DNA of 64,000 bases. Source: Phoronis australis. Lineage: Eukaryota > Animalia > Phoronida. The position numbers and the translations under genes are program-made. This document shows, piece by piece, positions 24,101-36,237 of the stretch. The stretch is from the NCBI GenBank assembly GCA_002633005.1, contig NMRA01000135.1, positions 61,115 through 125,114 of the forward strand, in the 5' to 3' direction. Each line of letters begins with the position of its first letter. Position 1 is the stretch's first letter. The notes under the pieces were generated by a model. It was not told the origin of the DNA. It saw only the letters and a program-made list of their open reading frames with translations, and did no database searches.

Positions 24101-27100
24101 TTTCCCATGTTTTGTCCTAGTAATCACCTTCTCTCGTATTAATCACTGCATGTCAGAATCATGAATTCAACTTCCCAAGGACACGCAGCTCTCGGGATTT
24201 TTTGTACTCGAATCAATGACTGTGATTCGTTTTGATGTTTAAAATGCAAAAAAATGATTTAATTTGAATTTTAGCCATCTTTTTTGCCAAACTCGGGTCC
24301 AACAACTTAAAAAGTGTATGAATGAATACAGTGAAAATGCAAGCCATTTGTTACCTGATGCTTCCATACAGCAAATACCCAAAAATGACAAAATGTAACA
24401 AAGCACTTTTTACAGTGTCACTGTATGTATAGTTATTACACTGTCACCGTATATGTAGTTATTGTATAGTTAAACAGCGTAAGTGTATGTGTTATTAAGA
24501 GAAGTACAATGTAACTAATCTTAACTTTGATTCATTTCAGCTCGTGACAGGAAATCTAAAGATGCGATTCAGAAGGGTGGACGTCCGCCACCATCACGGT
24601 CCAGTATGAGACATATGGTAAGAAACATGTGATATGAAGTCCCCATCTGTATAAAATATAGTATTAGTACACAGACATCTTTCTGTTTTCATTGTCATTT
24701 TGCTATAATGGTGATATTTTATGAGCCAATATATATTTGTTATAATCTATAGTATTGGCAACATGTTTCAATGCCAATATGCATATGTTCACATTTTAAT
24801 ATGCATGTTGTTATGGTCAAAGGCTTTGTTGTCACTATTTTCTATGTATACTTTTCTTCTAGGGAGGTTCACAGGAAAATTTGCTGTCGGGCTCCCCATC
24901 TTTACGAGGCTCAAGGACAAATATGGCTTGGGGTGACACTGCTCAAGAAGACAAACAAAGAATGCCTGAAGTAATCAATGAGCACATTTTCTGCCGTAAA
25001 GCCCAAGGAAGAAGCGTATCAAAATTTTGAAGAATTTTCAAACATTAATTTTAGATAAGAAGGGTGGCTTTAAACCAAGATACTGAATGGAATCAAGACC
25101 ATTACTTCACTAAATTCAGTGCTTGTCAGTTCACAGATAAAGTTTTGTTGGTAATTGTAGAGGTATCCATGCAGACAAGCTGCTACCCCTAAAAATGTTT
25201 TATGCAATGGCAAGTTTCGATTTTTTTGAGTCATGAAATAAGGAAATTGAACATTCTTGTGTTATTTTTGGCCTCATAAACCTCATCATTCTTGTTTTTT
25301 TACTTGGAAGTTGTTCATTTTTGACCTGCCTAAGCAGTGCTCAATAAATGAAACTTTAAGTATTCATTGTTTTGAAGAGCTTTTGTATCTTATAATTATG
25401 GTGTTATTCTTATTATCATTTCAGGATGAAGACATGGCTTTGGTGGATGCAATAATAAATGACACAATCAATTCACCGCGGTCATACCGCAGTGGAAGAG
25501 ATGGCGAACAGGAGAGTATGGGTGGGTACTTCAATTGTTAGCTTTGTTGTCATGGTAAAAACTGAGTATAGTCACCTCTTGAAGTGGATTTGCATTTTTA
25601 TGTTAGCATGTAATGTGCTGACTCTGTCGAACTCGTAAAGGTTACGCCAGATCTTTGTTGCAGGTGAAAATATACTAACTAAATTCTTCAATAAATATAA
25701 AAAATAATTGCGAGCAGTCTGGTACACGTTGTAACAGACGTGCGCAGCCCTCTCAAGTGGGCCTATTGCACTGATCACTTGGAACCATTTTTATGCTTTA
25801 TTGATATGGAGATAAAACTGAGCTGAGGAGTTAGAAACCTGACTCAAGGGTCTGGGAGTGTGAGTAATTGAAGTGTACACTTATCCCACTAGACTGTACT
25901 GCCTCCAATAAATATCCATTAATTGTATATTTTTAGAAAGTGGTAAGGGCGGGGAATAAGATGGTAGCAATAACATCAAATTCTGAAATTTTCTCATGTG
26001 TTATGTGATTTCATCATGTTTTTAAAAACAAAGCTTTTACAAAAAATTGATTTCGGAACACAAATAATATATACTTTCGTGGGGTTTAAACTCGCAAATG
26101 CTTTTGTTTTGAAGAATTAAGCTCTGTGTATAATATTGAAAAGTTCTTACGCAGTCATTGAGTTACATACCAGTCAAGCTGTTGGATGGGTGATGTCTAA
26201 CACCATTAGTTTGACAAAGGCCATAGAACCCAGAGCGGAAAATGTTATCTGGTATGTAACTCATTGACTGTGTGTCAAGAACTTTTCAGCATTTTATATG
26301 CGCCAGTCAAGTGAACTTGTTTCGTGATTTGGGTTCTGTATAGTTTGAATTGCAAAGAAGGTCCAGCATAACCTTGACTACAAAGCATGCATTAGTCATA
26401 TTCAACCTGAGAAATTTTTATCCAAATTCCACTGTAGATCTGACTTGTGCACCTTCTACCTGTGTGTGCTTTACTCTACTGTGCTTTCTACATCAATGTT
26501 TATTGGTATGATCAACAATTGCAAGAAAGGAGGTTCATTACGGACTTGAAATTCTTCACAGATTTCGCTAGGATGTTTGCATAAGAATACACTTTTATTG
26601 GTGAAAATGATGTCTTTTGGATCAAAATATGTACACGATGTGTCTGTACACGATGTGTCTGTACACGATGTGTCTGTACACAAGGAGGTCAAAGAGTTGC
26701 CACTAACAGATGATCATCATGCAATCGATTATAAAAGCCTTTACAAATCCGTTCATTCTGTATTAAAGTTTGTGTCATTCTTCTGTTACAGGCTGGGCAA
26801 AAAGGGTCACCATAACAACCCGCAAGCCGCCCACCCCTCGAAGACAAAGTGCTGACATTCTGGACAAGCGGGGACACAAGTTCACCGAGCCCGAGAAGCC
26901 GTTTACCCCTCGCACTTTAAAAAAAGATCAGGTGACGTCACGTCTGAGTCAACTGAAGAAGTTCTACCGCCCTCCGCCATCCAAAAAAGTCAGCGAATCA
27001 AGACCTTCGGATGAGAATGGACCTAACTCTGTCAGTGTACACAACGATCAAGACATAGCCACCGAAAATGGCAGCATATTTGACGAGACATTGATGAGCC

Positions 27101-30100
27101 GGGATTTCAATCGTCTGAAGAAAACTGGCACAGTGCCAGCACTTGATATATCACTGGATACAGACAATCTGAAGTGGATGAAAGAACAGTCATCAAAGAT
27201 GAGTGACAGAGAAGGGCGTCCAAATCGAGACAGGAATTTGAATACAACGAAGAAGTTGCAAAAGGATTTTATGAAGCAGTCTATGTATGAAGAAGATGAA
27301 GGGAAGCTCGATACATATCGCTGGGTGCAAAGTAACGGTTACAGTGATCGAGATGCATTGAGAAAAACCGATACATTCAGGGCATCATCTATAGCTGGAT
27401 TCAACAAATCAATGACTATGCAAAGAGTCGAAGATGAGTAAGTAACTGTTAACTTGTTGAGATATGTTACAATGAGGACTGTTAGTCGTATTTTGTGGGC
27501 ATGTATCTGTTCATTTGTCCATCTGTCATCATTTGTTTTTGTCTGCTGATTATCAATCTACTTTACAGTTGTCGCAGACAACTGACACATACGCAGACAT
27601 ATAATTGGTGGGAAGAAATCAGTACCAATCGATTTCAGACTAGATAGGGTCTGTCATGATTGAGTTGGAAAAATGAAAACCTCCACGTCCTTTCCGTTTT
27701 TAAGCCTGAAGTAAAAAAATATCTTGGTAGTTACAGGAATGTAAAGATTTACTTGTCTTGATACCTTATTGATTGGAACTAGCCAGTGCTATAGTGGTAA
27801 AATTAGAGGTGAGTAGGCGCCCAAAGCCCACCATATCACCTTGAGCACTTACGGTGCGTAGGCGCTATGTTCAAATGCCAAAAAGTGGTTGGCTGCGCCG
27901 ATGTGCACGTATGCCCCACTATAGCACTGCAACTAGCCGATTATTGGTTGAATACATATTAACTATAATAGTGGTTATTTACTAGTATTGTGTTGTGTTT
28001 TTAGAGAAGAAGAGTTGAAGTATCTTGAGTTTGTCACTGAAGTTACTAATGATGTACTGAATCGTGGCATCTTCACTAATCGCGTCTTGAAAGTGGTCTT
28101 CAAGCAACACATGGATAAACACAAAAATGATCTCAGTGAGGTAAGTCCCGTGAAACCTTCGTAAAGCATATTCTTCAGGCTACATCACCTACACACCAAA
28201 TTCATTCTCAGAAGGTCCGAGATTGTCATGACATTTTGATGAAACAAAATGTAGGTGTTGAACCATCTAGGAACTTAATATATTAAGAGTAAGTCTGCTG
28301 GACTGGATATTAACCTATTCCTAGTACTAACCTCGGAGAACTGTCAGCTCCTTCAATGGGTTAATGTAAAATCCTGGAAGCGAGAACTCTGGTCACGTGG
28401 TAACTTGTTCATTTTGTGATGCCTTAACGAGTTAGGTGGAGCCTCAACATGGAATTTGAGAACAGACAACATCACAAGACAGACAAGTTCCCACGTGATA
28501 AGAGTTCCCGCTACTTATATTTTACATCTTCCCATTGAAGGAGACGAGAAGTCTCTAAGGTACTTGGAATGTAGGGAGGTATTCAGTCCAGTTGACGAGT
28601 CTTATTCTCAATATATCTTGATGAAACGGTGAAAGCAGGCAACTTTTGCCAAAAACATGCATAGAATAAAACACCATGTTATACAACACCATGCAGTACA
28701 GCGGCGTGCGGTACAGCGGTGTGCAGTACAGTGCTGTGTGGTACAGTACTGTGCGGTACAGTACTGTGCGGTACAGTGCTGTGTGGTACAACGCTGTGCG
28801 GTACAGTACTGTGCGGTACAGTGCTGTGTGGTACAGCGCCATGCGGTACAGTGCTGTGTAATACAACACCCTGAACGGTGCTCTTACTCAGATAGTCCAA
28901 TGCTTCCTGTTCTGTTTTTGTTCCATTTTAAGATTGTACTGAGGACTATCTTTGGTGTGACAGGACCCTTTAGGGTTCAAAGTTTCCTGATACTTAGTAA
29001 GTCATTGCTCGTGTTACTATGAAATTCTAAATTGCACTCCAGATTTCATAATTTGTGAATTGATTTTGTAAGCAATTTATTAAATTGGGAGTGACAAATA
29101 AAAATGTTGGGAGACATGTTGTTTACTTAGCAGTCGCTAGGTAGTGTAGGCCTGCTCCAGAATTTATGCATATGTCTAACCCACATGTCACAAATATACG
29201 CTGTACAAGGAATTACTTATTGTGATGACCTACATCAGGTTAAAACATGTTAGCTCTCGTAAAACACTCATTGTCGGGATTTCAAAAAGATCTCCCCACC
29301 AAGATTTAGCCCCCAAGGGAGTCTCTTTTGGAAACTAGGCTTGAAAAGGTTTCCATCAGGGCTCTTTTGGGATCATTTTGCTTGTCGGATACGTTTACAA
29401 AATGTGGGAATGATATCAATATTTTCTCAATTTTTTTAGCTTTAGGAGTCATTATGTCAAGTTGATCACTTGTTAACAGACGCGTTGTTCAGTAGCATTG
29501 ATCTTTGTATAGTTGTTCCAAAGTGTATGTGTCTTGATTTTGTTCATTGTTATTTGTTATGTACAACAAGGACAGTCATTGTTTTCCAACCCCAGGAATC
29601 ACTTCTCATCTCAGCAACGGACAAGTTGAGATCAGTTTTATATCGATATGTGGCCTGAGTTAAAATATTCCATGCTTACAATCTTACAGTCTCGGATGCG
29701 AGCATTACTTGATACGCTACGTGAGGACCTGGGAATCCCAAAAGACGATGGAGACATTGATACCAATGATGATGTTGGCATGACAACAACAAAGTCATAT
29801 CAGAAAAAGAAGAAGGATTATGAGAGGTCCATGGAGAATGCTTGGTCAAGCTCTATTAGAGAGAGGGTCCCTGCATATCAAAGCAAGGAAATGTCTCTAT
29901 ATGCAGATGGTGAGAATGTGTTATGATCTTGAGTCAGTTTAAAACTTTCATGAACTTGCCTTGTCATTTTTTGATGTCAAAAACATTTAACTTTTGTAAT
30001 AGGTCAGCTGTCTTTATAACTGTAGTCTTAACGTATACATTAAACAGATCATACACAAGTATTTCACTTGGTTTCTGAAAAACTAACAGCTTGTTGCTTA

Positions 30101-31674
30101 TTATAAAATATCCAATTTAGTGAGAATTCCATGTGAGGGCAGGTTCTCAAATGCAGATATCAATCTAGTTGTTTGTTCAGCCCTTCCTGCCAGTCGTTTG
30201 TCTAGCATAGCAACTTAAATTGGCTTTCATATTGTTGCTGGCAGTGGAATGGGCGTGAAGACCAAATCGAATAAGTTGGACTAACCACTTGGTGTTTAGG
30301 GCATTAAGAATCATGTGAAATTCTGGGACATACTGAATTCTGAGTGTAAAAAAGAATAACAAAACGAAACTTTGTACCATTTTGTTGAGAAATTTGACAA
30401 AACAAAATTCCTGTTTTCTATACTGTTATGTCCTCAATCGACATTGTTTTACCATTTGCAACAATGTCTTCAATTTCCTAAACTGGGAGCTGAAAGTTGT
30501 TGCTGTTGATTTATGACGTCATGTTCCTCTTGTAGAGCTAGCTGACAGCAGCAGTACAGCAAAACTTGACTCTCTTATCAGGCAAGAGCTGTTAGAAGAT
30601 ACAAACCAAAACTACAAACAGGACAAGTATGGTCTTAGTCAAAATGGCCGACTAGAAAACATTGAAGAGGTGGCTTCTCTTGAAAAGTACAGTGAGAAAG
30701 GGTCAGTGAAATCTAGGAGGAATAGCAGGTTGGAGGAACTGGAAATTGGAGACTTGCATAGCGAAAAAGGATCCGTTAAGTCAAAGGCCAGTGTGAAATC
30801 AATAAAGTCAGTGAAATCCGTTAAAGTCGATGATGGGCCTTCTATTGTACAGAAAACAATGACAGAGAACTCACTTGAGTCTCCACGTCCCACACCAAGG
30901 AAAAGAAAGTCCAAAAGTGTCATAGAAGTTGAGAGGAACATGAGTGACCTGAAAATAGATGATTTAGATTCTACTGCAGCAGAAGCAATGGAAAACATAA
31001 AGGGTGATGGCTATGCTGTGTCGAACAAGGTAACAGTTGGTGAAGATGCAAGGAAAACAGGGGAAGACAATTTAGTTAATGTAGGTGCAATTGGAGGAGC
31101 AGCAATGTCGGACAGTGATCTGGACGTGTCTCTCGGAAAGGACAGGGGAGATAATGCTGCAGTGGTTAGTAGATCCGCGGTCAGTAATGCCAGCAGGAGT
31201 GATTTCATGGAGGATTTGGACGCTGTCGGTGGAAAAGGGGAGGGGGGGAGCAGTATGAAAGGCAATGATGATTACAGTGATGATCATGATGATGACAGAG
31301 AGGATGATGATGAAAAAAGTGAAAGGACAGGGAGGCGAGGTAAGAACATTACCAGACAATCAGCAAGGGAATTGGATAGTGAGGATGAGGTTAGTGAAAG
31401 AAGACAGGGTTCACAGTTGAGAAAATCCCTGGATTTGGATTCAGGTGATGAGGAAGTTGCAAACATAACTAGTCATGGTAAGCATAGTGATGTTGATGAC
31501 AATGATGACGATGGTTTAACCACTGCAAGAACGGAAGACGATTACGATGACGATTTTAGTAATGACGGAGACGATGGGGAGGATGGTGTCGGTGATGAAT
31601 CTAGTCGAAGCACCATGAAGAAAGTCGTGAGGACAGTGGAGGAGAGTGCAGAACTGTCAGATGATGATTTTTGA
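18112..31674 (+). CDS. SPATA7: Spermatogenesis-associated protein 7 homolog (ciliary, HSD3 domain), 842 aa, 10 exons
   Basis: join(18112..18136,20054..20104,22959..23048,23905..23952,24541..24617,25425..25521,26792..27437,28005..28140,29690..29909,30536..31674) = 2529 nt, phase-consistent. Motifs KGRMNLKSS, MNAHYKKVLTAK, DILDK...PFTPRTLK, EEELKYLEFVTEVTNDVLNRGIFTNR and RMRALLDTLREDLG match recalled human SPATA7 blocks. Confidence 0.9.
18590..18790 (+). repeat. Dispersed repeat family B, copy 2
   Basis: Same blocks as 13130-13320. Confidence 0.55.
20054..20104 (+). CDS. SPATA7: SPATA7 exon 2
   Basis: TTACAG|TG acceptor and G|GTAAGG donor; PAAPMELKGRMNLKSS. Confidence 0.85.
20340..20460 (+). 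repeat. Dispersed repeat family C (inverted copy at about 63760-63870)
   Basis: TGAGAATCAGTTT.ATGCC, AAAACTGGTTCTCAAAA and CCTGTAAGT also occur, in order, on the minus strand near 63770-63860. Confidence 0.6.
21321..21592. mobile_element. MITE with imperfect CATG.GC.CA.CCAG TIRs (related end at about 11849)
   Basis: CATGCGCGCATCCAG ... CTGGGTGTGCCCATG with internal G and C runs; no clean target duplication. Confidence 0.45.
22959..23048 (+). CDS. SPATA7: SPATA7 exon 3
   Basis: TTCCAG|CC acceptor and T|GTAAGT donor; AYCPT...HYKKVLTAK. Confidence 0.9.
23905..23952 (+). CDS. SPATA7: SPATA7 exon 4
   Basis: TTTCAG|CT acceptor and G|GTAAGT donor; SAIDNKVPKSHVSSTL. Confidence 0.9.
   Translation: MPLTTKCPSPMSLVP
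24541..24617 (+). CDS. SPATA7: SPATA7 exon 5
   Basis: TTTCAG|CT acceptor and ATG|GTAAGA donor. Confidence 0.85.
25425..25521 (+). CDS. SPATA7: SPATA7 exon 6
   Basis: TTTCAG|GAT acceptor and G|GTGGGT donor; DEDMALVDAIIND. Confidence 0.8.
26129..26298. repeat. Foldback element or palindromic MITE remnant
   Basis: Arms 26129-26173 and 26249-26298 are near reverse complements (GAAAAGTTCTT...GAGTTACATACCAG / CTGGTATGTAACTC...AAGAACTTTTC). Confidence 0.7.
26631..26681 (+). repeat. 15-bp minisatellite (GTACACGATGTGTCT) x3.4
   Basis: Perfect tandem copies. Confidence 0.9.
26792..27437 (+). CDS. SPATA7: SPATA7 exon 7
   Basis: TTACAG|GC acceptor and GA|GTAAGT donor; contains PFTPRTLK. Confidence 0.9.
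27784..27929. mobile_element. 146-bp hAT-type MITE
   Basis: Perfect 14-bp TIR CAGTGCTATAGTGG/CCACTATAGCACTG; 8-bp target duplication GAACTAGC/CAACTAGC (7/8). Confidence 0.8.
28005..28140 (+). CDS. SPATA7: SPATA7 exon 8
   Basis: TTTTAG|A acceptor and GAG|GTAAGT donor; EEELKYLEFV block. Confidence 0.92.
28316..28571. mobile_element. Foldback element or MITE with long imperfect inverted arms
   Basis: CTCCTTCAATGGG, ATGTAAAAT, GAACTCT, TCACGTGG and AACTTG (about 28349-28408) are mirrored at about 28484-28543. Confidence 0.65.
28666..28870 (+). repeat. 15-bp minisatellite (consensus GTACAGTRCTGTGYG), about 13 copies
   Basis: Tandem units are directly visible and explain the repetitive ORFs in all frames here. 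Confidence 0.92.
29690..29909 (+). CDS. SPATA7: SPATA7 exon 9
   Basis: TTACAG|TCT acceptor and G|GTGAGA donor; SRMRALLDTLREDLG. Confidence 0.9.
30536..31674 (+). CDS. SPATA7: SPATA7 exon 10 (terminal, acidic)
   Basis: TTGTAG|AG acceptor in frame with the 334-aa ORF; ends SDDDF-TGA. Confidence 0.85.
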
Positions 31675-33413
31675 GATGCACAGCTGTAATTTAAAAAAAT
31701 ACCACAGTGCCCTCCCATTTTGTGATATTTACCCACAATTCTACGCGTCTGCACGACACTTGCTCCTTACTTGTACACTGTTGTGCTCAACATTAATTTT
31801 GTGTTGTACGAGTAGTTGCTATGCTTATGAGAAAAAATTTGAAAAGTTGTGTGGGACGATATAAATTTTCCTTCACTTGTCTGACTCAGTTCAGAAACAT
31901 GTCAGCTGTCCTACCTGTCGAAAACTAGGTCAACCATACAATGTGTTTTTCTACCGCTAAAGAAGGAGAGAGTTGAATTCGAGATGTGACAATTAGCTTG
32001 AGCTTGACTTTCAAATTTTAATCATCTTTCATTTTTTTTTAAAATAGAAGCTATTCTAATGTGTTATTTGAAATATAGCATTGTATGTACTAATGTTACT
32101 TTTTATGTCTGTGGTCCCAGTATTGTGTTGAATTGTAACAAACTTTTCTGGCTATTGACAGGATTTTTTATTTTATGGACTTTATGTTTATCACTGTTGT
32201 GTTGGAAAGCTTTCATTTCTATGAAAAACAGCTTGTGCATTTTTGCTTACGGAAATCAGCGCTGCTTGACCATCTAATTTCACCTGCTGATGCTTGCTTT
32301 TGTAATTTTTGCTTTATTTTTATGCATTTTCTGTTTCGTGTGTAAAATGACTTGTTACATGACACATCAACACACTATTTTGTAAAATGTAATTATAATG
32401 GCATTGCTTTTTGGTGAGCATTAAGGTCGACACGCTTGTCAGTTTGTGCATAGATATTTCAAGCTGTTAAAAATAATTAACAAAGTATGTTAATGTTACG
32501 AGTTACTCCCAAAATATTACTTGATCTGTCTTCTCACAACGGTTGAACTCAAAGCAGCTATAAACCTGCCTTCCATCACAAAAACCAACTTTTGATTTAG
32601 ATCACTTGCCATTATGAGATTGGTCTCAAATTGTTCCTTAGTTAAACTGGAAGTCACATCAGTGCTGAGTTTGTCCTTTACAAATCCAAGAATCACTTCT
32701 TATCTGAGTTAGGAAAAAGTCAAGACTAAAATTATAGTGGCTAGTGGCCCAAATTGAATCTGTTTCCTATAGTGGACATAATGTTGGTTTCTTTGGATGT
32801 TTAGTAAAGACGTATTTGTAACTATTTAGATGTGATTTGAACTCACACATTGGAATAGAGAGGGAATTCCTTTATTATTATTATTGTTGAACTAATTTTG
32901 GCTTTTTAATTTTATTTGATTGGGTCCATAACTCCAAAATAGTGTCATACTAAACGAGCAAATAGCCCGTTTAAGTTTTGCGTGTAGAGTAACTAAGAGC
33001 AACCAATTTTACCTTTCATGGTACTGCTGGTGGAGAATTTTGTTGCATAGTACTCATATTGAACTGTCCATTCTCTTCGTTTAGCATCTGTTGATCTCAT
33101 ATTTTGTTATGCAGTACATGGATATTTTATACTTTTATGCTTTTTTCTGTTGTTACAAGGCTTGGAACCTCAACAAGACCCAGGCAGCGCTTATTACATT
33201 CCTTTTTTTGATAAAAAATTTCAAACTCCTAACTTGAATAAATCAACGTCAGCGACTCATCTCATTGAACCAATCGATGGACTTTGTTTTTAAAGATGGT
33301 ACTGCATGGAGTTTTAAAGGAACATTTCCGTGTTTATGGCTGAAAAACGGGTTTTGGGGATTATTGTGGGGGTTAGACTTTGAAGTCAATAATTGTGACC
33401 AGAGCTAAAATGC

Positions 33414-33419
33414 AATAAA
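33414..33419 (+). terminator. Candidate SPATA7 poly(A) signal (alternative at 33237-33242)
   Basis: AATAAA followed by T/GT-rich sequence at the end of a T-rich 3' region. Confidence 0.4.
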
Positions 33420-33814
33420 ATCCATTGTTTTTGTGATTTCATTACAAATCGCCAGTTCTTGCCGTTGTCTTCCAGACATTTGCTGAAATCAAGGCTGGTG
33501 ACTTTACTACTTAAATGCGTCTAAAATACTCCACCATTTATCAAGCACAATAGTCTGCAAAGCATTTGGCTGCAAAGTGAAGGTTCCCTGGTTCCAATCC
33601 ATGCTAGGGACATTTCTCGCCATAATGCCAGTTAAAGGAATGATACTTAGTGTAACTGTCATGAAATATCCATTTGACTTTAGTGGATATTCATCTCAAT
33701 ATGCCTGCCCTTACACACAACTGGCACTACAGGGATTTGACAGCAAAAACGCTAGGCTCCAGCTATGTTTATCAATGATTGAATGATGCAAACAAAATAT
33801 CAATCGTTTATGAT

Positions 33815-33820
33815 TTTATT
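33815..33820 (-). terminator. Candidate FRMD6/Expanded poly(A) signal
   Basis: TTTATT on the plus strand at the boundary of the A/C-rich tract (T/G-rich on the minus strand) that extends from the stop at 35413. Confidence 0.45.
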
Positions 33821-35412
33821 CAGACCTCTCAAAAGGGTACATCTTAATATTAAACTGTACAGGGTTTACAGTAACAATAATAATAATAATAATAATATGT
33901 GATAACAATATGGACAATAACCAATCTTAACATATCATGCATACAGCATACACATACAGCATACACAAACGTTCATACATTTACTCATGCAAGACCGTGT
34001 AAAGACCACCTATAAAACGAGAGTTCAGGGATTAAAAACAAAGAACGTTACAATCTACATTCGCCTACAATACAAAACATGTTCTCATACTCGAGGTAAT
34101 ACATAATAAATAATAGTTCTTACTTACATTAAACTAGTATTCGACTGTTGGAAATGTAACAAAATACTTGATAAAAGTAATCTATAAGCTTTTATGGCTT
34201 AATTTGATTATTCTGCCTTTTACAGATCACTTGAGTGAAATATAAGCATCTGTTTTGCAACCAAAACAATTGGTTTTTCTCCAACATACCTGAATGAGTA
34301 TTATTCTGTCTACATACAACAGTCTTTAATCTCTTAACACTTCAAGATACAAAGTCAGTGGATGGACAATAAAAAATGACATCACCACACATTCACAGAT
34401 GGAGTCGAAGGCTTCCTTCCTGAATGAGAATATTGCACTCGATTTATACATTCATACATACCATACATAAGTACAAACATCACATACAAAAATGATACAA
34501 CGTTAGACAAAACAACAAATCTCAGCTCATTCACTAAACTCCATTATATACAGTTTTGTTGATAATAAGTTATCCATTATTAACGTATGTAAAGGTAATC
34601 GAATTACCCGCAGTAAACTCCCAGATTACATGGAAACCTAAGCAGATACGTAAACACATACAGGTATAAAGCAAACGATGAAATTGAAACCCTGATTTCA
34701 TGCATTGCACAAGCAAAATAAAAAAGCTAACGAACTAAGTAGAAGCAAACAGTAGCTGTTTTTTCCAAAATGCATAAGATTGCTGCCAAAGGTATACTCT
34801 TAACTTAGAAACAAACTTAACTTGAAAACGCATAAGAGTCTATGTAATAAGAAACTCGGAATCGACTTATGTATCACAAAACTACCAAGAAATAAAAATA
34901 ATCATTGCTGCTCAGATAAGTGAATACAAAATCCCGAATTGCAGCAAACTATACAAGCAAGTATATCAAAGCAGTATCATTTTGCATAAAACCTATGAAT
35001 AGAAAAAAGCTAATTGCAACAGAAAAACACATAAATACGACTGATACATAATGAAACTCATGCAAAATTCAAAGTGTTCTACAAAAGGCAATTTCTTATA
35101 AAAAAACAGCAGCATAAAACTCAGCTTCTAGAAATTTATTGCAGACAAATGTAAATTAAGCACAAGGCTGTTTTAGGAGAAAAGAAGGCGGAGCTTCATC
35201 TGTCAGTCGAAAGAAAATCATGGGGTCAAAGGCGGAGCCTTGCCTGACCATTTTAAATCACACATGAGAAAAAGGATGAACTTTGCCCGTATGCAGGCAG
35301 ATGGCTAAAACATTCGTGAAGTTAGGCTACTTTTGGTTATTTACTGGTCAGTCTCCATTGTTTATGAATACACATAGAAAAAGGAGGCACCAACTCCTGC
35401 ATCTGGAAAATC

Positions 35413-36237
35413 TTATTCTGAATGGTGCCCATGACCATTCACAAGCCGACCTCCAATACCATTAACTCCGTGCACCCCATTCACAGACTTAATGCCACCA
35501 TCCGCATGAGTCGGCATGTAGTTGTAGTTTGTCCTCGGCACCAGCGTTGGCCGAGCACTGTTCTGTTGTAGGTACCCATTGACGACTGCACTCTGCTGTT
35601 GAATATTGCTGTAACCAGCCGTGTGTTGGTGACTAAACATTGTGTTCACTTGGCTGTAATGGCCCATAGAGTTTGTGCTGAGATATCCACCACCATTCTG
35701 CAACACGCCATAGCCATTGCTGTGCAAATAGCTGCCACCACCATTAGTACTACCGGCAGCGTACTGCAGGTAGCCATTATTGCCGGCACCATTCAGTTGA
35801 GTCCCACTGCCATATAGGTTAGCCACGTTGTTATGGTGTTGACCAGGATTCAACATGGCCGCCGACGTGGCGTGGTGAATGTTCCACTGGAGCTGCAACT
35901 GCTTGTCAAGGTCAAAAGTCTCACTATGCCAACTCATGGGACGAGCTGAGGCTGACAGCTGCATGGCTGTAGGACTGTTGACAGCATAACTAGCCGAGAG
36001 TCTCTTGGGGTCGGGTCGGGCTGCCGTCACACGAAGGTGGTTCAACGAGTTCTGGCTGCCCTGACACGTGCACCGTTTGTCGGAGGGAGGGCACACAAGT
36101 GACTTGTCATTGCACAGGGCGTTGATGAGCGGTAGGCGCATGTTCTGAGTCAGGTCCCTGATTCGCTCAATGTTGGGGTGCATGGCACATTCTGTTGGAC
36201 TGTCGGCACTGTTTGTGGGGGAGTGTGTAGGCGTGAT
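35413..36237 (-). CDS. FRMD6: FRMD6 coding exon 11 (terminal)
   Basis: TTTCAG|ATC acceptor; LPLINALCND block, G/N/Y-rich tail and TAA. Confidence 0.85.
   Translation of the reverse strand: MTPTHSPTNSADSPTECAMHPNIERIRDLTQNMRLPLINALCNDKSLVCPPSDKRCTCQGSQNSLNHLRVTAARPDPKRLSASYAVNSPTAMQLSASARPMSWHSETFDLDKQLQLQWNIHHATSAAMLNPGQHHNNVANLYGSGTQLNGAGNNGYLQYAAGSTNGGGSYLHSNGYGVLQNGGGYLSTNSMGHYSQVNTMFSHQHTAGYSNIQQQSAVVNGYLQQNSARPTLVPRTNYNYMPTHADGGIKSVNGVHGVNGIGGRLVNGHGHHSE

Noticed and set aside
26577-26791. ORF 26577-26855 as an extra SPATA7 exon
   Set aside because: It contains the minisatellite, runs through the real polypyrimidine tract in another frame, and exons 6 and 7 already join in phase.
28555-29022. 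Repetitive ORFs (YRTVL, VQYCA, HSTVP) resembling repeat proteins
   Set aside because: They are translations of a 15-bp intronic minisatellite that is open in several frames on both strands.
30639-31754. Minus-strand ORFs opposite SPATA7 exon 10 (and similar plus-strand ORFs opposite FRMD6 exons)
   Set aside because: Antisense shadows of low-complexity coding sequence with no splice or homology support.
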